Source: Hormiphora californensis (Eukaryota > Animalia > Ctenophora). Taken from it: a DNA stretch of 64,000 nucleotides. Both the position numbers and the translations under genes were made by a program. How positions within the stretch are numbered: the stretch's first letter is position 1; each line of letters opens with the position of its first letter. The notes under the pieces were generated by a model that worked only from the letters and a program-made list of their open reading frames with translations, ran no database searches and was not told where the DNA came from. Location of the stretch: contig CM035350.1 of NCBI GenBank assembly GCA_020137815.1, positions 6,448,001 to 6,512,000 of the forward strand, written 5' to 3'. Below are positions 1 through 13,447 of this stretch, one piece after another.

Positions 1-2687
1 GTTTAATGGGGAATCTCACACATACACGGGCAGAACTCGGTTAAGGAGAGATTAATTAGTATTCTGAATAATGAGTTCAGAGCAAGAATTAAATAGGGAA
101 GAAAATCGAAAAATACTGGGTTTGACCGGGAATTGAACCAGGGATCTCCAGAGAGACATGCTCGGAGCTATAAACCACTAAGCTACCAAACCCTATGTAC
201 TGATCGCATTTCATCGCTCTATATTCAAGCTCCTGCCCTTAGCTAGACACCATGTGATAAAGGGAAGTAGTTTTGATATCTCCTTCTGGTGATCAACACA
301 CACACACGCCCTCTGTACAACAGTTTAATGGGGAATCTCACACATACACGGGCAGAACTCGGTTAAGGAGAGATTAATTAGTATTCTGAATAATGAGTTC
401 AGAGCAAGAATTAAATAGGGAAGAAAATCGAAAAATACTGGGTTTGACCGGGAATTGAACCAGGGACCTCCAGAGAGACATGCTCGGAGCTATAAACCAC
501 TAAGCTACCAAACCCTATGTACTGATCGCATTTCATCGCTCTATATTCAAGCTCCTGCCCTTAGCTAGACACCATGTGATAAAGGGAAGTAGTTTTGATA
601 TCTCCTTCTGGTGATCAACACACACACACGCCCTCTGTACAACAGTTTAATGGGGAATCTCACACATACACGGGCAGAACTCGGTTAAGGAGAGATTAAT
701 TAGTATTCTGAATAATGAGTTCAGAGCAAGAATTAAATAGGGAAGAAAATCGAAAAATACTGGGTTTGACCGGGAATTGAACCAGGGACCTCCAGAGAGA
801 CATGCTCGGAGCTATAAACCACTAAGCTACCAAACCCTATGTACTGATCGCATTTCATCGCTCTATATTCAAGCTCCTGCCCTTAGCTAGACACCATGTG
901 ATAAAGGGAAGTAGTTTTGATATCTCCTTCTGGTGATCAACACACACACACGCCCTCTGTACAACAGTTTAATGGGGAATCTCACACATACACGGGCAGA
1001 ACTCGGTTAAGGAGAGATTAATTAGTATTCTGAATAATGAGTTCAGAGCAAGAATTAAATAGGGAAGAAAATCGAAAAATACTGGGTTTGACCGGGAATT
1101 GAACCAGGGACCTCCAGAGAGACATGCTCGGAGCTATAAACCACTAAGCTACCAAACCCTATGTACTGATCGCATTTCATCGCTCTATATTCAAGCTCCT
1201 GCCCTTAGCTAGACACCATGTGATAAAGGGAAGTAGTTTTGATATCTCCTTCTGGTGATCAACACACACACACGCCCTCTGTACAACAGTTTAATGGGGA
1301 ATCTCACACATACACGGGCAGAACTCGGTTAAGGAGAGATTAATTAGTATTCTGAATAATGAGTTCAGAGCAAGAATTAAATAGGGAAGAAAATCGAAAA
1401 ATACTGGGTTTGACCGGGAATTGAACCAGGGACCTCCAGAGAGACATGCTCGGAGCTATAAACCACTAAGCTACCAAACCCTATGTACTGATCGCATTTC
1501 ATCGCTCTATATTCAAGCTCCTGCCCTTAGCTAGACACCATGTGATAAAGGGAAGTAGTTTTGATATCTCCTTCTGGTGATCAACACACACACACGCCCT
1601 CTGTACAACAGTTTAATGGGGAATCTCACACATACACGGGCAGAACTCGGTTAAGGAGAGATTAATTAGTATTCTGAATAATGAGTTCAGAGCAAGAATT
1701 AAATAGGGAAGAAAATCGAAAAATACTGGGTTTGACCGGGAATTGAACCAGGGACCTCCAGAGAGACATGCTCGGAGCTATAAACCACTAAGCTACCAAA
1801 CCCTATGTACTGATCGCATTTCATCGCTCTATATTCAAGCTCCTGCCCTTAGCTAGACACCATGTGATAAAGGGAAGTAGTTTTGATATCTCCTTCTGGT
1901 GATCAACACACACACACGCCCTCTGTACAACAGTTTAATGGGGAATCTCACACATACACGGGCAGAACTCGGTTAAGGAGAGATTAATTAGTATTCTGAA
2001 TAATGAGTTCAGAGCAAGAATTAAATAGGGAAGAAAATCGAAAAATACTGGGTTTGACCGGGAATTGAACCAGGGACCTCCAGAGAGACATGCTCGGAGC
2101 TATAAACCACTAAGCTACCAAACCCTATGTACTGATCGCATTTCATCGCTCTATATTCAAGCTCCTGCCCTTAGCTAGACACCATGTGATAAAGGGAAGT
2201 AGTTTTGATATCTCCTTCTGGTGATCAACACACACACACGCCCTCTGTACAACAGTTTAATGGGGAATCTCACACATACACGGGCAGAACTCGGTTAAGG
2301 AGAGATTAATTAGTATTCTGAATAATGAGTTCAGAGCAAGAATTAAATAGGGAAGAAAATCGAAAAATACTGGGTTTGACCGGGAATTGAACCAGGGACC
2401 TCCAGAGAGACATGCTCGGAGCTATAAACCACTAAGCTACCAAACCCTATGTACTGATCGCATTTCATCGCTCTATATTCAAGCTCCTGCCCTTAGCTAG
2501 ACACCATGTGATAAAGGGAAGTAGTTTTGATATCTCCTTCTGGTGATCAACACACACACACGCCCTCTGTACAACAGTTTAATGGGGAATCTCACACATA
2601 CACGGGCAGAACTCGGTTAAGGAGAGATTAATTAGTATTCTGAATAATGAGTTCAGAGCAAGAATTAAATAGGGAAGAAAATCGAAA
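1..2687 (-). repeat. Left arm of 322-bp tandem array (~8.3 units, tRNA-like gene on minus strand; may continue beyond window start)
   Basis: GTTTAATGGGGAATCTC recurs at 1, 323, 645 and onward; units essentially identical. Confidence 0.97.
118..193 (-). ncRNA. tRNA-like Pol III gene, first of 8 minus-strand copies (118, 440, 762, 1084, 1406, 1728, 2050, 2372)
   Basis: A box TAGCTTAGTGG, B box GGTTCAATTCC, acceptor stem GGTTTGG/TCAAACC, T5 terminator; anticodon arm non-canonical. Confidence 0.75.
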
Positions 2688-5250
2688 ACCGAGTTCTGCC
2701 CGTGTATGTGTGAGATTCCCCATTAAACTGTTGTACAGAGGGCGTGTGTGTGTGTTGATCACCAGAAGGAGATATCAAAATTACTTCCCTTTATCACATG
2801 GTGTCTAGCTAAGGGCAGGAGCTTGAATATAGAGCGATGAAATGCGATCAGTACATAGGGTTTGGTAGCTTAGTGGTTTATAGCTCCGAGCATGTCTCTC
2901 TGGAGGTCCCTGGTTCAATTCCCGGTCAAACCCAGTATTTTTCGATTTTCTTCCCTATTTAATTCTTGCTCTGAACTCATTATTCAGAATACTAATTAAT
3001 CTCTCCTTAACCGAGTTCTGCCCGTGTATGTGTGAGATTCCCCATTAAACTGTTGTACAGAGGGCGTGTGTGTGTGTTGATCACCAGAAGGAGATATCAA
3101 AACTACTTCCCTTTATCACATGGTGTCTAGCTAAGGGCAGGAGCTTGAATATAGAGCGATGAAATGCGATCAGTACATAGGGTTTGGTAGCTTAGTGGTT
3201 TATAGCTCCGAGCATGTCTCTCTGGAGGTCCCTGGTTCAATTCCCGGTCAAACCCAGTATTTTTCGATTTTCTTCCCTATTTAATTCTTGCTCTGAACTC
3301 ATTATTCAGAATACTAATTAATCTCTCCTTAACCGAGTTCTGCCCGTGTATGTGTGAGATTCCCCATTAAACTGTTGTACAGAGGGCGTGTGTGTGTGTT
3401 GATCACCAGAAGGAGATATCAAAACTACTTCCCTTTATCACATGGTGTCTAGCTAAGGGCAGGAGCTTGAATATAGAGCGATGAAATGCGATCAGTACAT
3501 AGGGTTTGGTAGCTTAGTGGTTTATAGCTCCGAGCATGTCTCTCTGGAGGTCCCTGGTTCAATTCCCGGTCAAACCCAGTATTTTTCGATTTTCTTCCCT
3601 ATTTAATTCTTGCTCTGAACTCATTATTCAGAATACTAATTAATCTCTCCTTAACCGAGTTCTGCCCGTGTATGTGTGAGATTCCCCATTAAACTGTTGT
3701 ACAGAGGGCGTGTGTGTGTGTTGATCACCAGAAGGAGATATCAAAACTACTTCCCTTTATCACATGGTGTCTAGCTAAGGGCAGGAGCTTGAATATAGAG
3801 CGATGAAATGCGATCAGTACATAGGGTTTGGTAGCTTAGTGGTTTATAGCTCCGAGCATGTCTCTCTGGAGGTCCCTGGTTCAATTCCCGGTCAAACCCA
3901 GTATTTTTCGATTTTCTTCCCTATTTAATTCTTGCTCTGAACTCATTATTCAGAATACTAATTAATCTCTCCTTAACCGAGTTCTGCCCGTGTATGTGTG
4001 AGATTCCCCATTAAACTGTTGTACAGAGGGCGTGTGTGTGTGTTGATCACCAGAAGGAGATATCAAAACTACTTCCCTTTATCACATGGTGTCTAGCTAA
4101 GGGCAGGAGCTTGAATATAGAGCGATGAAATGCGATCAGTACATAGGGTTTGGTAGCTTAGTGGTTTATAGCTCCGAGCATGTCTCTCTGGAGGTCCCTG
4201 GTTCAATTCCCGGTCAAACCCAGTATTTTTCGATTTTCTTCCCTATTTAATTCTTGCTCTGAACTCATTATTCAGAATACTAATTAATCTCTCCTTAACC
4301 GAGTTCTGCCCGTGTATGTGTGAGATTCCCCATTAAACTGTTGTACAGAGGGCGTGTGTGTGTGTTGATCACCAGAAGGAGATATCAAAACTACTTCCCT
4401 TTATCACATGGTGTCTAGCTAAGGGCAGGAGCTTGAATATAGAGCGATGAAATGCGATCAGTACATAGGGTTTGGTAGCTTAGTGGTTTATAGCTCCGAG
4501 CATGTCTCTCTGGAGGTCCCTGGTTCAATTCCCGGTCAAACCCAGTATTTTTCGATTTTCTTCCCTATTTAATTCTTGCTCTGAACTCATTATTCAGAAT
4601 ACTAATTAATCTCTCCTTAACCGAGTTCTGCCCGTGTAGGTATGTGTGAGATTCCCCATTAAACTGTTGTACAGAGGGCGTGTGTGTGTGTTGATCACCA
4701 GAAGGAGATATCAAAACTACTTCCCTTTATCACATGGTGTCTAGCTAAGGGCAGGAGCTTGAATATAGAGCGATGAAATGCGATCAGTACATAGGGTTTG
4801 GTAGCTTAGTGGTTTATAGCTCCGAGCATGTCTCTCTGGAGGTCCCTGGTTCAATTCCCGGTCAAACCCAGTATTTTTCGATTTTCTTCCCTATTTAATT
4901 CTTGCTCTGAACTCATTATTCAGAATACTAATTAATCTCTCCTTAACCGAGTTCTGCCCGTGTATGTGTGAGATTCCCCATTAAACTGTTGTACAGAGGG
5001 CGTGTGTGTGTGTTGATCACCAGAAGGAGATATCAAAACTACTTCCCTTTATCACATGGTGTCTAGCTAAGGGCAGGAGCTTGAATATAGAGCGATGAAA
5101 TGCGATCAGTACATAGGGTTTGGTAGCTTAGTGGTTTATAGCTCCGAGCATGTCTCTCTGGAGGTCCCTGGTTCAATTCCCGGTCAAACCCAGTATTTTT
5201 CGATTTTCTTCCCTATTTAATTCTTGCTCTGAACTCATTATTCAGAATAC
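2687..5250 (+). repeat. Right arm of the same 322-bp array in inverted orientation (~8 units)
   Basis: Reverse complement of the left-arm unit starts at AACCGAGTTCTGCC (~2687) and ends TTCAGAATAC at 5250; one unit has a 4-nt insertion near 4638. Confidence 0.97.
2858..2934 (+). ncRNA. tRNA-like Pol III gene, first of 8 plus-strand copies (2858, 3180, 3502, 3824, 4146, 4468, ~4794, ~5116)
   Basis: GGGTTTGGTAGCTTAGTGG...GGTTCAATTCCCGGTCAAACCCA followed by GTATTTTT; AATATA about 30 nt upstream. Confidence 0.75.
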
Positions 5251-5306
5251 AGTTTAGGTATGCATTAGTCTAAGCCATGTCATTTTTGACCCAAACTTTA
5301 GTGACA

Positions 5307-6663
5307 CCGTAAGTTGGGGTAACTTTGTTTTGCAGGGTAACTTTGGACACTTTCAAAATTTGGCTTTAGTTCAAAATTACCAACAGATAACGAGAGATTT
5401 GGAAAAATTTTCGGGTGTACAAGTAACTGACCCACAAATGTCTAACTAACGGTACAATTATTTTTTCCAAGTCTATGCTAATTAGCTCCTAATTAGGGTC
5501 AAACATAATTGATGTCAAAATCGCTAAAAATGTTCAAATCAAAATGGGTACCATAGATCTGACCGGGCAAATGATCGAATCAAGTTTGCTCCATAGAGTG
5601 GAAGGGTTTCGATCAAATAATTCGGGGCACCATTTTTCAAATCCCACCAATTACTTTAATTGAGACTAATTGGGGTGGCTAATGTTACTCCACCATATTT
5701 TGAATTTTGGGGTAACTTTGGACGGGGTGCCAAAGTTACCCCATACTACATGTTTTGAACTTTTGATGTCTGCAGAGTTGCCTTAAACCCTCTCTGACTT
5801 GTTCATAACCATCTGACCAAGATTTAGCCCGATCCATGCCCATTTTCATCGATCTATTCTCTAAGGTAGTAAAAAAACAGAATTAGTTCTACTTTATCGA
5901 GCTAAATCATAGAAATCCGACCTGAAACCCATCAAACTTCAATAATTTGGGGTCCCTCATCCATTCTGTAGCTTGGTAGATGGTATTGACCCTCTAGGCG
6001 AGTCTATTAGTTCTTGTGGACATTCTATGCAGGAACACAGGCACCAAAACTCCTTTATTTAGCCAGCACCCATTATAAGTGTCCGGCCACTTCCTGGCGG
6101 TCCAATTCAGTAAAAAGAACTAATACTGCCGCCTAGGGGCCCAATACCACCTACCAAGCTAGAGGGTGGATGAGGGACCCCAAATTATTGAAGTTTGATG
6201 TGTTTTAGGACGGTTGTTTGTGATTTAGCCCAATAAAATAGACCAAATCCTCGTTTATTCACTACATGAACATTTAGCGAGTAGATGGATGAAAACGGGT
6301 GTGGATTGAGCTGAATCTTGGTCATATGGTCCTAAACAAGTCAGAGAGGGTCTAAGGCAACTCTACAAACGCTCATATCGAAAACCTAAACATTTTATGT
6401 TCATTTATTTATCATTGCAAAATGTGTCCAAAGTTACCCCACCCTCATTCCAAAGTTACCCCATGCCCTAAAACCCCACTTACACTAAAATACGTGCTAA
6501 TTAATCTAATTAAATGAGACGGGACCAAAAATTTTACTAGTTATATCTGGTGTAGTGGGTCTGGAACGGGATTATTTGGTTCAAAAATTTTCGAGTGTGG
6601 TTCTGGCAAGGAGTTATTTTAGGAGATTGCTAAAAAGTGGTACAAAGTTACCCCAACTTACGG
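5307..6663. mobile_element. Non-autonomous TIR DNA transposon (pogo/Tc1-like termini) with internal foldback
   Basis: TIR CCGTAAGTTGGGGTAACTTTG ... CAAAGTTACCCCAACTTACGG; repeated GGGTAACTTTGG motif; internal inverted repeat ~5770-6000 vs ~6130-6366; flanked by CA on both sides. Confidence 0.85.
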
Positions 6664-7050
6664 CATATACTAAACAATTCCCTGTCAGAGCATTTGCCTG
6701 ACCCATTCTCGTTTCTCTCAAATTTGGAGCGCGCGAGAACTGTGGTCAGAGCATTGGCCTGACAGACAATTCCAGTCCCTACTTCCTGCCTTGTGGCTTT
6801 CCCAATTCCTAGAAATATAACAAGTACAAAACGTCTAAATTTGTCACACAGAATAATGTTAAGGTATGATATATCACAGTCAGAGTTGAGTCATATTCCA
6901 TATAATATATATTCACTAAAAACTTTCTCCCACTCATTCACACAAACAGGAAAAATGTTCTCCTTTTGACACACACAAACGTTCTCACAGTGTCTCTCTC
7001 ACGGATCTCACGGTTGCTCAATGGTCTGGATAAAACAGGAAAGTGTGGGT

Positions 7051-7942
7051 TCACTTGAAAAGATGGACACAGTGGGCGAACTCCACGAAACTAATGTAGC
7101 CATCTCTATCGAAATCAACCTGTAGAGAGGAAGGAGTATTAGCTTCTGAGATAACTTGAGGTCATTTGAGATACTAACATGGTTCATTTTCTCGCAAAAT
7201 ACTGCCCTCTCCAGTCTTCAACACGGCCGAAGCGTATGCGATATTACAGTCATGTAGCATGACAACAAGCTGTACCAACAATGTACCAACCTCATTCATG
7301 ATGGCCTCCAGTTCGTCCGGTGTAACCTTCTTGTTGGTGTACAGCTTCAGAGCCTTCTTCAACTCCGATCGGCTTATCCTTTTGTTACCTAAACACATAC
7401 AGTTAAAATGATGTAGTACAGCCTGTCAGAGCATTGGCCTGAGCGCGCGAGAACTGTGGTCAGAGCATTGGCCTGACAGAGTACAGCAATACTTCATCAA
7501 TGAAGTGATGTTAGACTATAGAATACTCAAACTAAGTAGCTCAATAAGCATGTCTTACCGTCCTTATCCATTATTTCAAAGACCCTCATCAAGTCCATGT
7601 TTTCCCGAGCCTTCTTGTGCATTCGGACCATTATTGTTAGCATTTCAGAAAAGTTTATCGCTCCATCCCCATCCTGATCGACCTGCAGATGAAGATAGAG
7701 TTTTACAGATACCAAAGAATTCCAAAATAAAGCCCATGTTAGATGATTTGACATTTTCGCCCCAGCCGGTTTATTAGTTAGTACATTTTCGTTCGGTTAT
7801 ACACTGGAGTTGTAAAACACGGCCGTGCAGCCTTCCTTTCTACGGTTTCCCCGCAACCTCCTGCACTGCACAATTCAAGCTGAGTTTTAGTGTAGGTTAC
7901 ATCCTGTCAACATGTGCTTTCCTTAACGACTTTTTCTATACT

Positions 7943-7974
<32 letters not shown>

Positions 7975-8652
7975 CTTTTCTCTCTTTCTCTCTCTCTATC
8001 TCTATCTATCTCTATATAATATCGCTATCCCTCTAAGTCTATACATATATCTCTTTCTTTATCTCCCTGTTTCAAGGTTCCTCTCTATCATATCCTTCTC
8101 TCTACCCCTAGCTCTGTGTCAGTGTCGGGCACCATTCTCCAATCTCCAGACGTCCTCCACAAATCAGACAGAAGGAGAAGTGTTATTCGAAGACAAAATT
8201 GTCTAATCTCAATCCAATAGGCATATCTCGATTCTAGTCTCTGGGAATATACTGGGAATACCCATTACCCCAAGTTAAGGGGTATACTACCGATAAGGGG
8301 ATACTACCGATTAAATTGTCTCATACTCTCATATGGGACTGCCCTCCTTCGGAGCCCGGTGCGGGATGTTACAGTCAGTGCTTGACTTTACCTCATTCAT
8401 CATAGTCTTGAGATCGTGATCACTAATGTCGATACCCATGTCCTTGAAGCCCATCCTTAGATCAGAGAAGGTCAGCCGTCCGTCCTTATTTCTGTCGATG
8501 CTGGTGAAGATTGCACTGACGTCCACGTGCATGGAGGTAGTTGCCTCAGAGGTCGACATGTAATGGCTATAACGGGTCGTTTTAGTTGTGGTGGTGGTCC
8601 TGTGGCAGGCAGACTTCCCTGATATCTTTCCTGATCTCTGTGATTTGTCCAT
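7051..8652 (-). CDS. Calmodulin-like 4-EF-hand protein, isoform A (exons 8652-8392, 7682-7559, 7388-7291, 7119-7051; 183 aa)
   Basis: EF loops DRNKDGRLTFSD, DQDGDGAINFSE, DKDGNKRISRSE, DFDRDGYISFVE; GT-AG introns keep frame. Confidence 0.9.
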
Positions 8653-9024
8653 GTTGTGTCTGTCTGTCTTTGTGTACCTGTCTGTCTGTCTATTTTTGTG
8701 TATCTGTCTGTCTGTCTTTGTGCTATATCGTGTCAGTCATATACTGGAACAGATAAGCAAAGCAATTGACAAATATGAATTATGAAACTAATTGATAAGG
8801 TGGGTGTAGGCCTAGCACGTTAGAGTACTATGAGGAGGGGGGACCATGGTAACTGCACAAACTGGAGAGAAACGAGGGAGAACAACATAAAGCAGAAAGT
8901 GTAGCTGCATCATTTGTAGAGAACGTGCGTAATTGCAGGCATGTAGTATAATGTGTGTAGATCTCTGTTGAAGTCATCTGCTAGCATTAAGATTTCACTT
9001 CCGTCTCTCCAGTGGAGAGTCTCC

Positions 9025-9061
<37 letters not shown>

Positions 9062-9759
9062 AACACAGTTCGTGGGATCATATATATAGATCATATATAG
9101 AGCCATAGCACAAAGGGAAGCAAAACACAAACACTGTTAGCTATAATAAAGAGTTTCGACGAAATGTATTGTTTCACCTCGATATAGCCTGATTGTTCGT
9201 GATATTGTACAATCATTGTTGTACACTTGTACAGTATAACAATACATTACACAGTACAATGTACAATGTCAAGCAATGTATATAGTGCACACACACACAC
9301 ATAGCTAGAGACCGGAGCCAGAGAACACGTCCCTCGTGAGGGTAACTCACAATCTGCCGAGATTTCAGAGAGAGTGAGAGATTCAGATAGAGAGAGGTAA
9401 GAGGAGTAAGGGACACCTGGTTCGTAATGTGCTAGTAAAATTAGGCAAGGTATATAACTGATTGTTTAAAGGGGCAGTGTAGTACAAATAAAACAAGCCA
9501 GGTTTGATGGCACTGCAGCTCCAATATATTTGATCTATTGACCTCATGGAACATGGGCTGGTATCTGGACAATATCTCTCTTCATTTCTTCCCCTCTTCT
9601 CCTCTATCTCTCTCCTTTCTCTCTCTCCTTTCTCTCCTTCTCTCTCTCCTTTCTCTCTCTCATTTGAGACATGAATCCTGTACCACGCCTAACTTTAGTT
9701 TAGTTTAGTTTATAAAAGGATCAGAATTAAAGACTACTTCGACACCCATTTCCAAATTA

Positions 9760-10607
9760 CAGTCGGACCCCGATTTAACGGCCCCCGATTTAGCGGCACC
9801 CCGATTTAACGGCAGGATAAATTTCCCCCAAAAATTTTTTGAAATTTTTTTTGAAAATTTTTTGAAAATTTTTCAAAGGTGTATCAACCACGTCCGAATC
9901 GTGTTTCGAATCGGTGCATCTTATTGCAAGCCTTGCCGGTAATTAGACGGTTCGAAACGAATAGATATGTGATCCCCATGAGACCCATCGAATTGCAATT
10001 TTGACGCTTGTTAAACTAGCCCCATGGGTATCACGTATCAGTTCGTTTCGAACCGTCTAATTAGCGACCGGAAGTGCGATAAGATGCACTGATTCGAAAC
10101 ACGATTCGGACGTGGTTGATATACCATTGAAAAATTTTCATAACTTTTTTTTGGAAAATTTTACAGAATGATTGTCAATGCTTTGATCGGTGCTCCCCAT
10201 GAATTTCAGAGAAAAAGATATTTTGAAATTCGAATTCTTCCTCACCCCGCTTAAATTGCCCCGATTCGGCATGGTATCACGTATCGGTTCGTTTCGAACC
10301 GTCTAATTAGCAGCAAGACATGCGATAAGATGCACTGATTCGATAAACGATTCGGACGTGGTTGTACCTTAGAAACATTTTATAACTTTTTTGAATTAAA
10401 AAAAATTATTTTCTTTCTCTAATCAGAAATGATCATGTAATCAATACATGGACATTGCATTTAACACTTAGAGGTGTTTTAGTATATCATTTTGGACAAA
10501 AATAGGGTTTTATGGGCCAAATATGCTCTACCCCGATTTAACGGACACCCCGATTTAACGGACAAAACCCTTTCCCCCGAGGGTGCCGTTAAATCGGGGT
10601 CCGACTG
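9760..10607. mobile_element. pogo/Tc1-mariner-like MITE (long copy)
   Basis: TA TSD; TIR CAGTCGGACCCCGATTTAACGG; three internal ~100-bp inverted/direct repeats. Confidence 0.9.
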
Positions 10608-10764
10608 TATAATAGAGAGTGTGAAAGCAGTACTACTACTATTATAGTCCTATAAGTATAACAGAAGCCTGTAAACAAGGAAGCAAACAGTAAAGAGTGA
10701 ATAGAAATATTCTCTTCCAAAGTCTACTAAGCGCTATTTTAGTTCCTGAAGACAGAGAAATAGA

Positions 10765-10853
<89 letters not shown>

Positions 10854-11506
10854 AATAGAGAGGGAGAGAGAGAGAGAGAGAGAGAGAGATCTGTGTGCAG
10901 TGCGTTACCATGTGTGCAAGAGACTGTCTAACAACTCTAAGCGGTGCGGAATTGCGTAAGAGATCGTTTAACAGCTCGAACCGATCACAGGGGGTATAAA
11001 TAGCAGCTGAGCTATCCTCTAGAGCTCTGAGAGACACCTGGCATGCATTTACCCATATGATTCATGGGGTTCCATATAACATCATAAATCATCATGGATA
11101 TGAACACATCAATTATATTTCCCTAAATGGGACTATGGGAGAGAATTGTCGTTGAAGTTAAGAGTTATAGACTGGGCACTGGACAAATGAATCAACCATG
11201 AGCCTTAGAGTAATTAACCTCTCTCTAGTCTCTCTCTCTCTATTTATCTCTCTAGTCTCTCTCTCACTCTCTCTAGTCTCACTCTCTCTATCATATTTCT
11301 CCATTTATCTCTCTAGTCTCTCACTCACTCTCTCTCTCTATTATATTTCTCTATTTATCTCTCTAGTCTCTCACTCACTCTCCCCCTCACCCCTCCCAGC
11401 TAGTTGGTTGTACCACTAAACAATACTAACACAGAAAGAGACCACCACACACAACAAATTATACAATAGGTGCCTGGATCTGAATAAACAGATCAAAAGG
11501 GAAGGC

Positions 11507-11583
<77 letters not shown>

Positions 11584-13447
11584 ACTAGACGGGGATAATA
11601 ATAGAGGAGCCACGGTCTGCAGGTGTTCAGACAATATGGCGGGTCCTCTCACACGGCTCAGCTATTATAATATGCCACCACCGACTGCAGCAGACAATTA
11701 GTCTCACGAGGGATCAAGCTATATACATTGCATAATAACAAGGCCCGCTGTGCGAGGAATATTATAGTAAATAGTGTGTAGATAACTTTTAGGTAACTTG
11801 ACATAGAGATGGTACCAGAGACACACTCCCATGTGCTAATGATCCCTCTCGAAACCACCTCTACGACTACACAGTACACATTCTATTAGACATTCTCAGC
11901 AGAAGAAAGTAGAGGTCGACATCATCTTCTCATGAGAAGCACATTGTGTGGTTTCACAGCTGTTGAAGCTCTGTCATATAAAAAGTTGTCAAGCATGGCT
12001 ATAATAGATCGAGTTGCTTGGTGACACTAAGCAGAGAGGATAGCAATGGTTGATGGTAGCAAGGGAGTTCCGTGAGGGTATATCATTTCACTTTTACTAA
12101 TGACAGTGACACGATACCGCCTCTGTGATGACCGCTCATGCTTCACCCCAGTCTATATCTCTTTTTGCTTGTCCTCCCCTTCTTCGATCCTATTATCCAA
12201 GATGAGTGTCACATGCTGAATGACTATATCAATACCCAAGCAGCGTTATTGAAAACGCACAATACATAAACATTACGTTTCAGTAAATTCCTGGTTTTTA
12301 AATCAGTGTTTTAGACGCAATTGGACGCTTTCAGAAAACTACTTTTTAGTGTGTCTGGGGTCAATCCTTTAGATTACGTCCAGACGTAGTTCAGACACTT
12401 TTTGGTCATGGACAAAAAGTGACGTAGTTGGTTACGTTCCTAGTACGTCTTTAGTGCGTCTCAAGCGATTGCGTTTGACCTACGTCCCAACGTAGTTTTC
12501 CGCACATGCTTTTTTGCCGACTTTTCGCCATTTGAGAATCATGAACTGGGCAAGGCTTTCCCTCGAAACCAAACTCAGCCCATTGAGCCGTGAAATGGCA
12601 AAGAAAATCCAGAAACATCGTGTTGAGTAATAAGGTGTTACTGAATAGAACAATTGGAACACCCTCTCTGTTGGCACCCACATGATCTGAGCGCACTGTC
12701 AAAGACATCGATTGCCTTGCTCTAAAATAAGGGTTAAAACATCACTGAAAACATCTAAGCATAAAATCTAATACATCAACTTAGTGGCATGTATGATCAT
12801 GTGCCGAGTTTCTTTCTCTCATTTCTCTATTCACATTCTTCTCTCAAAGCAGTACGCACTAAAGCAGCATAATTTACCAGATGATTCGATCCTGCACAAA
12901 GAGATAGCAGAGAAAAGTGTATATAATAGAGAGGAAAGGGGAGTTAATATGCAGGGAAGTGAGATTAGATTGACGCCAATCAGATGCAGCTGATCTCTCC
13001 CGAAGATTCGAGCAAGACAAATTAGGAAATGAGATGATACCATATTAGTGGCATCTAGGTGAGAATTAAAAAGCACTAGTGCTCAGATCTCTCACTGGAT
13101 CAGCCCATGAAGATCCGGTAGATGGCAAGTAGTGCAAAGAATGATAGATTTTGACAAATAGAAACAGATATATGAGAGATTAAGTGACAAATAGAAACAG
13201 ATATATTTATAGTGCCACCAGCTACGGAGAAACTAAGATATGGGGGTGTGGCTGTTGGTTGAACCGAACACGAGCATTGCACGAAACAAAAGACCACTTC
13301 GACCTTCATTTCCAAATTATACAAGGGTATGAGAGGAATATATTACACAGAATGAGACATATGAATATCATATTTCATCCACCCAAAATCCCAAAATAAT
13401 TTTATATAAACTTTGTGATCTGCCTAATCCGATAGCCCTGCACTCAC

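Noticed and set aside
2858-2934. Functional tRNA-Thr(TGT)
   Set aside because: Anticodon stem is bulged and the loop lacks U33/R37; D and T stems are mismatched
1-5250. CRISPR array, 5S rRNA, SL RNA or hammerhead retrozyme array
   Set aside because: No variable spacers; no 5S or SL donor/Sm-site features recognised; no CTGANGA...GAAA hammerhead core found
7051-8652. Ctenophore photoprotein
   Set aside because: Four regularly spaced calmodulin-type EF-hands, rather than the three-EF-hand photoprotein pattern
10909-11037. Possible minus-strand exon VSLRALED...SLAHM with AG/GT borders
   Set aside because: No recognisable homology or partner exons
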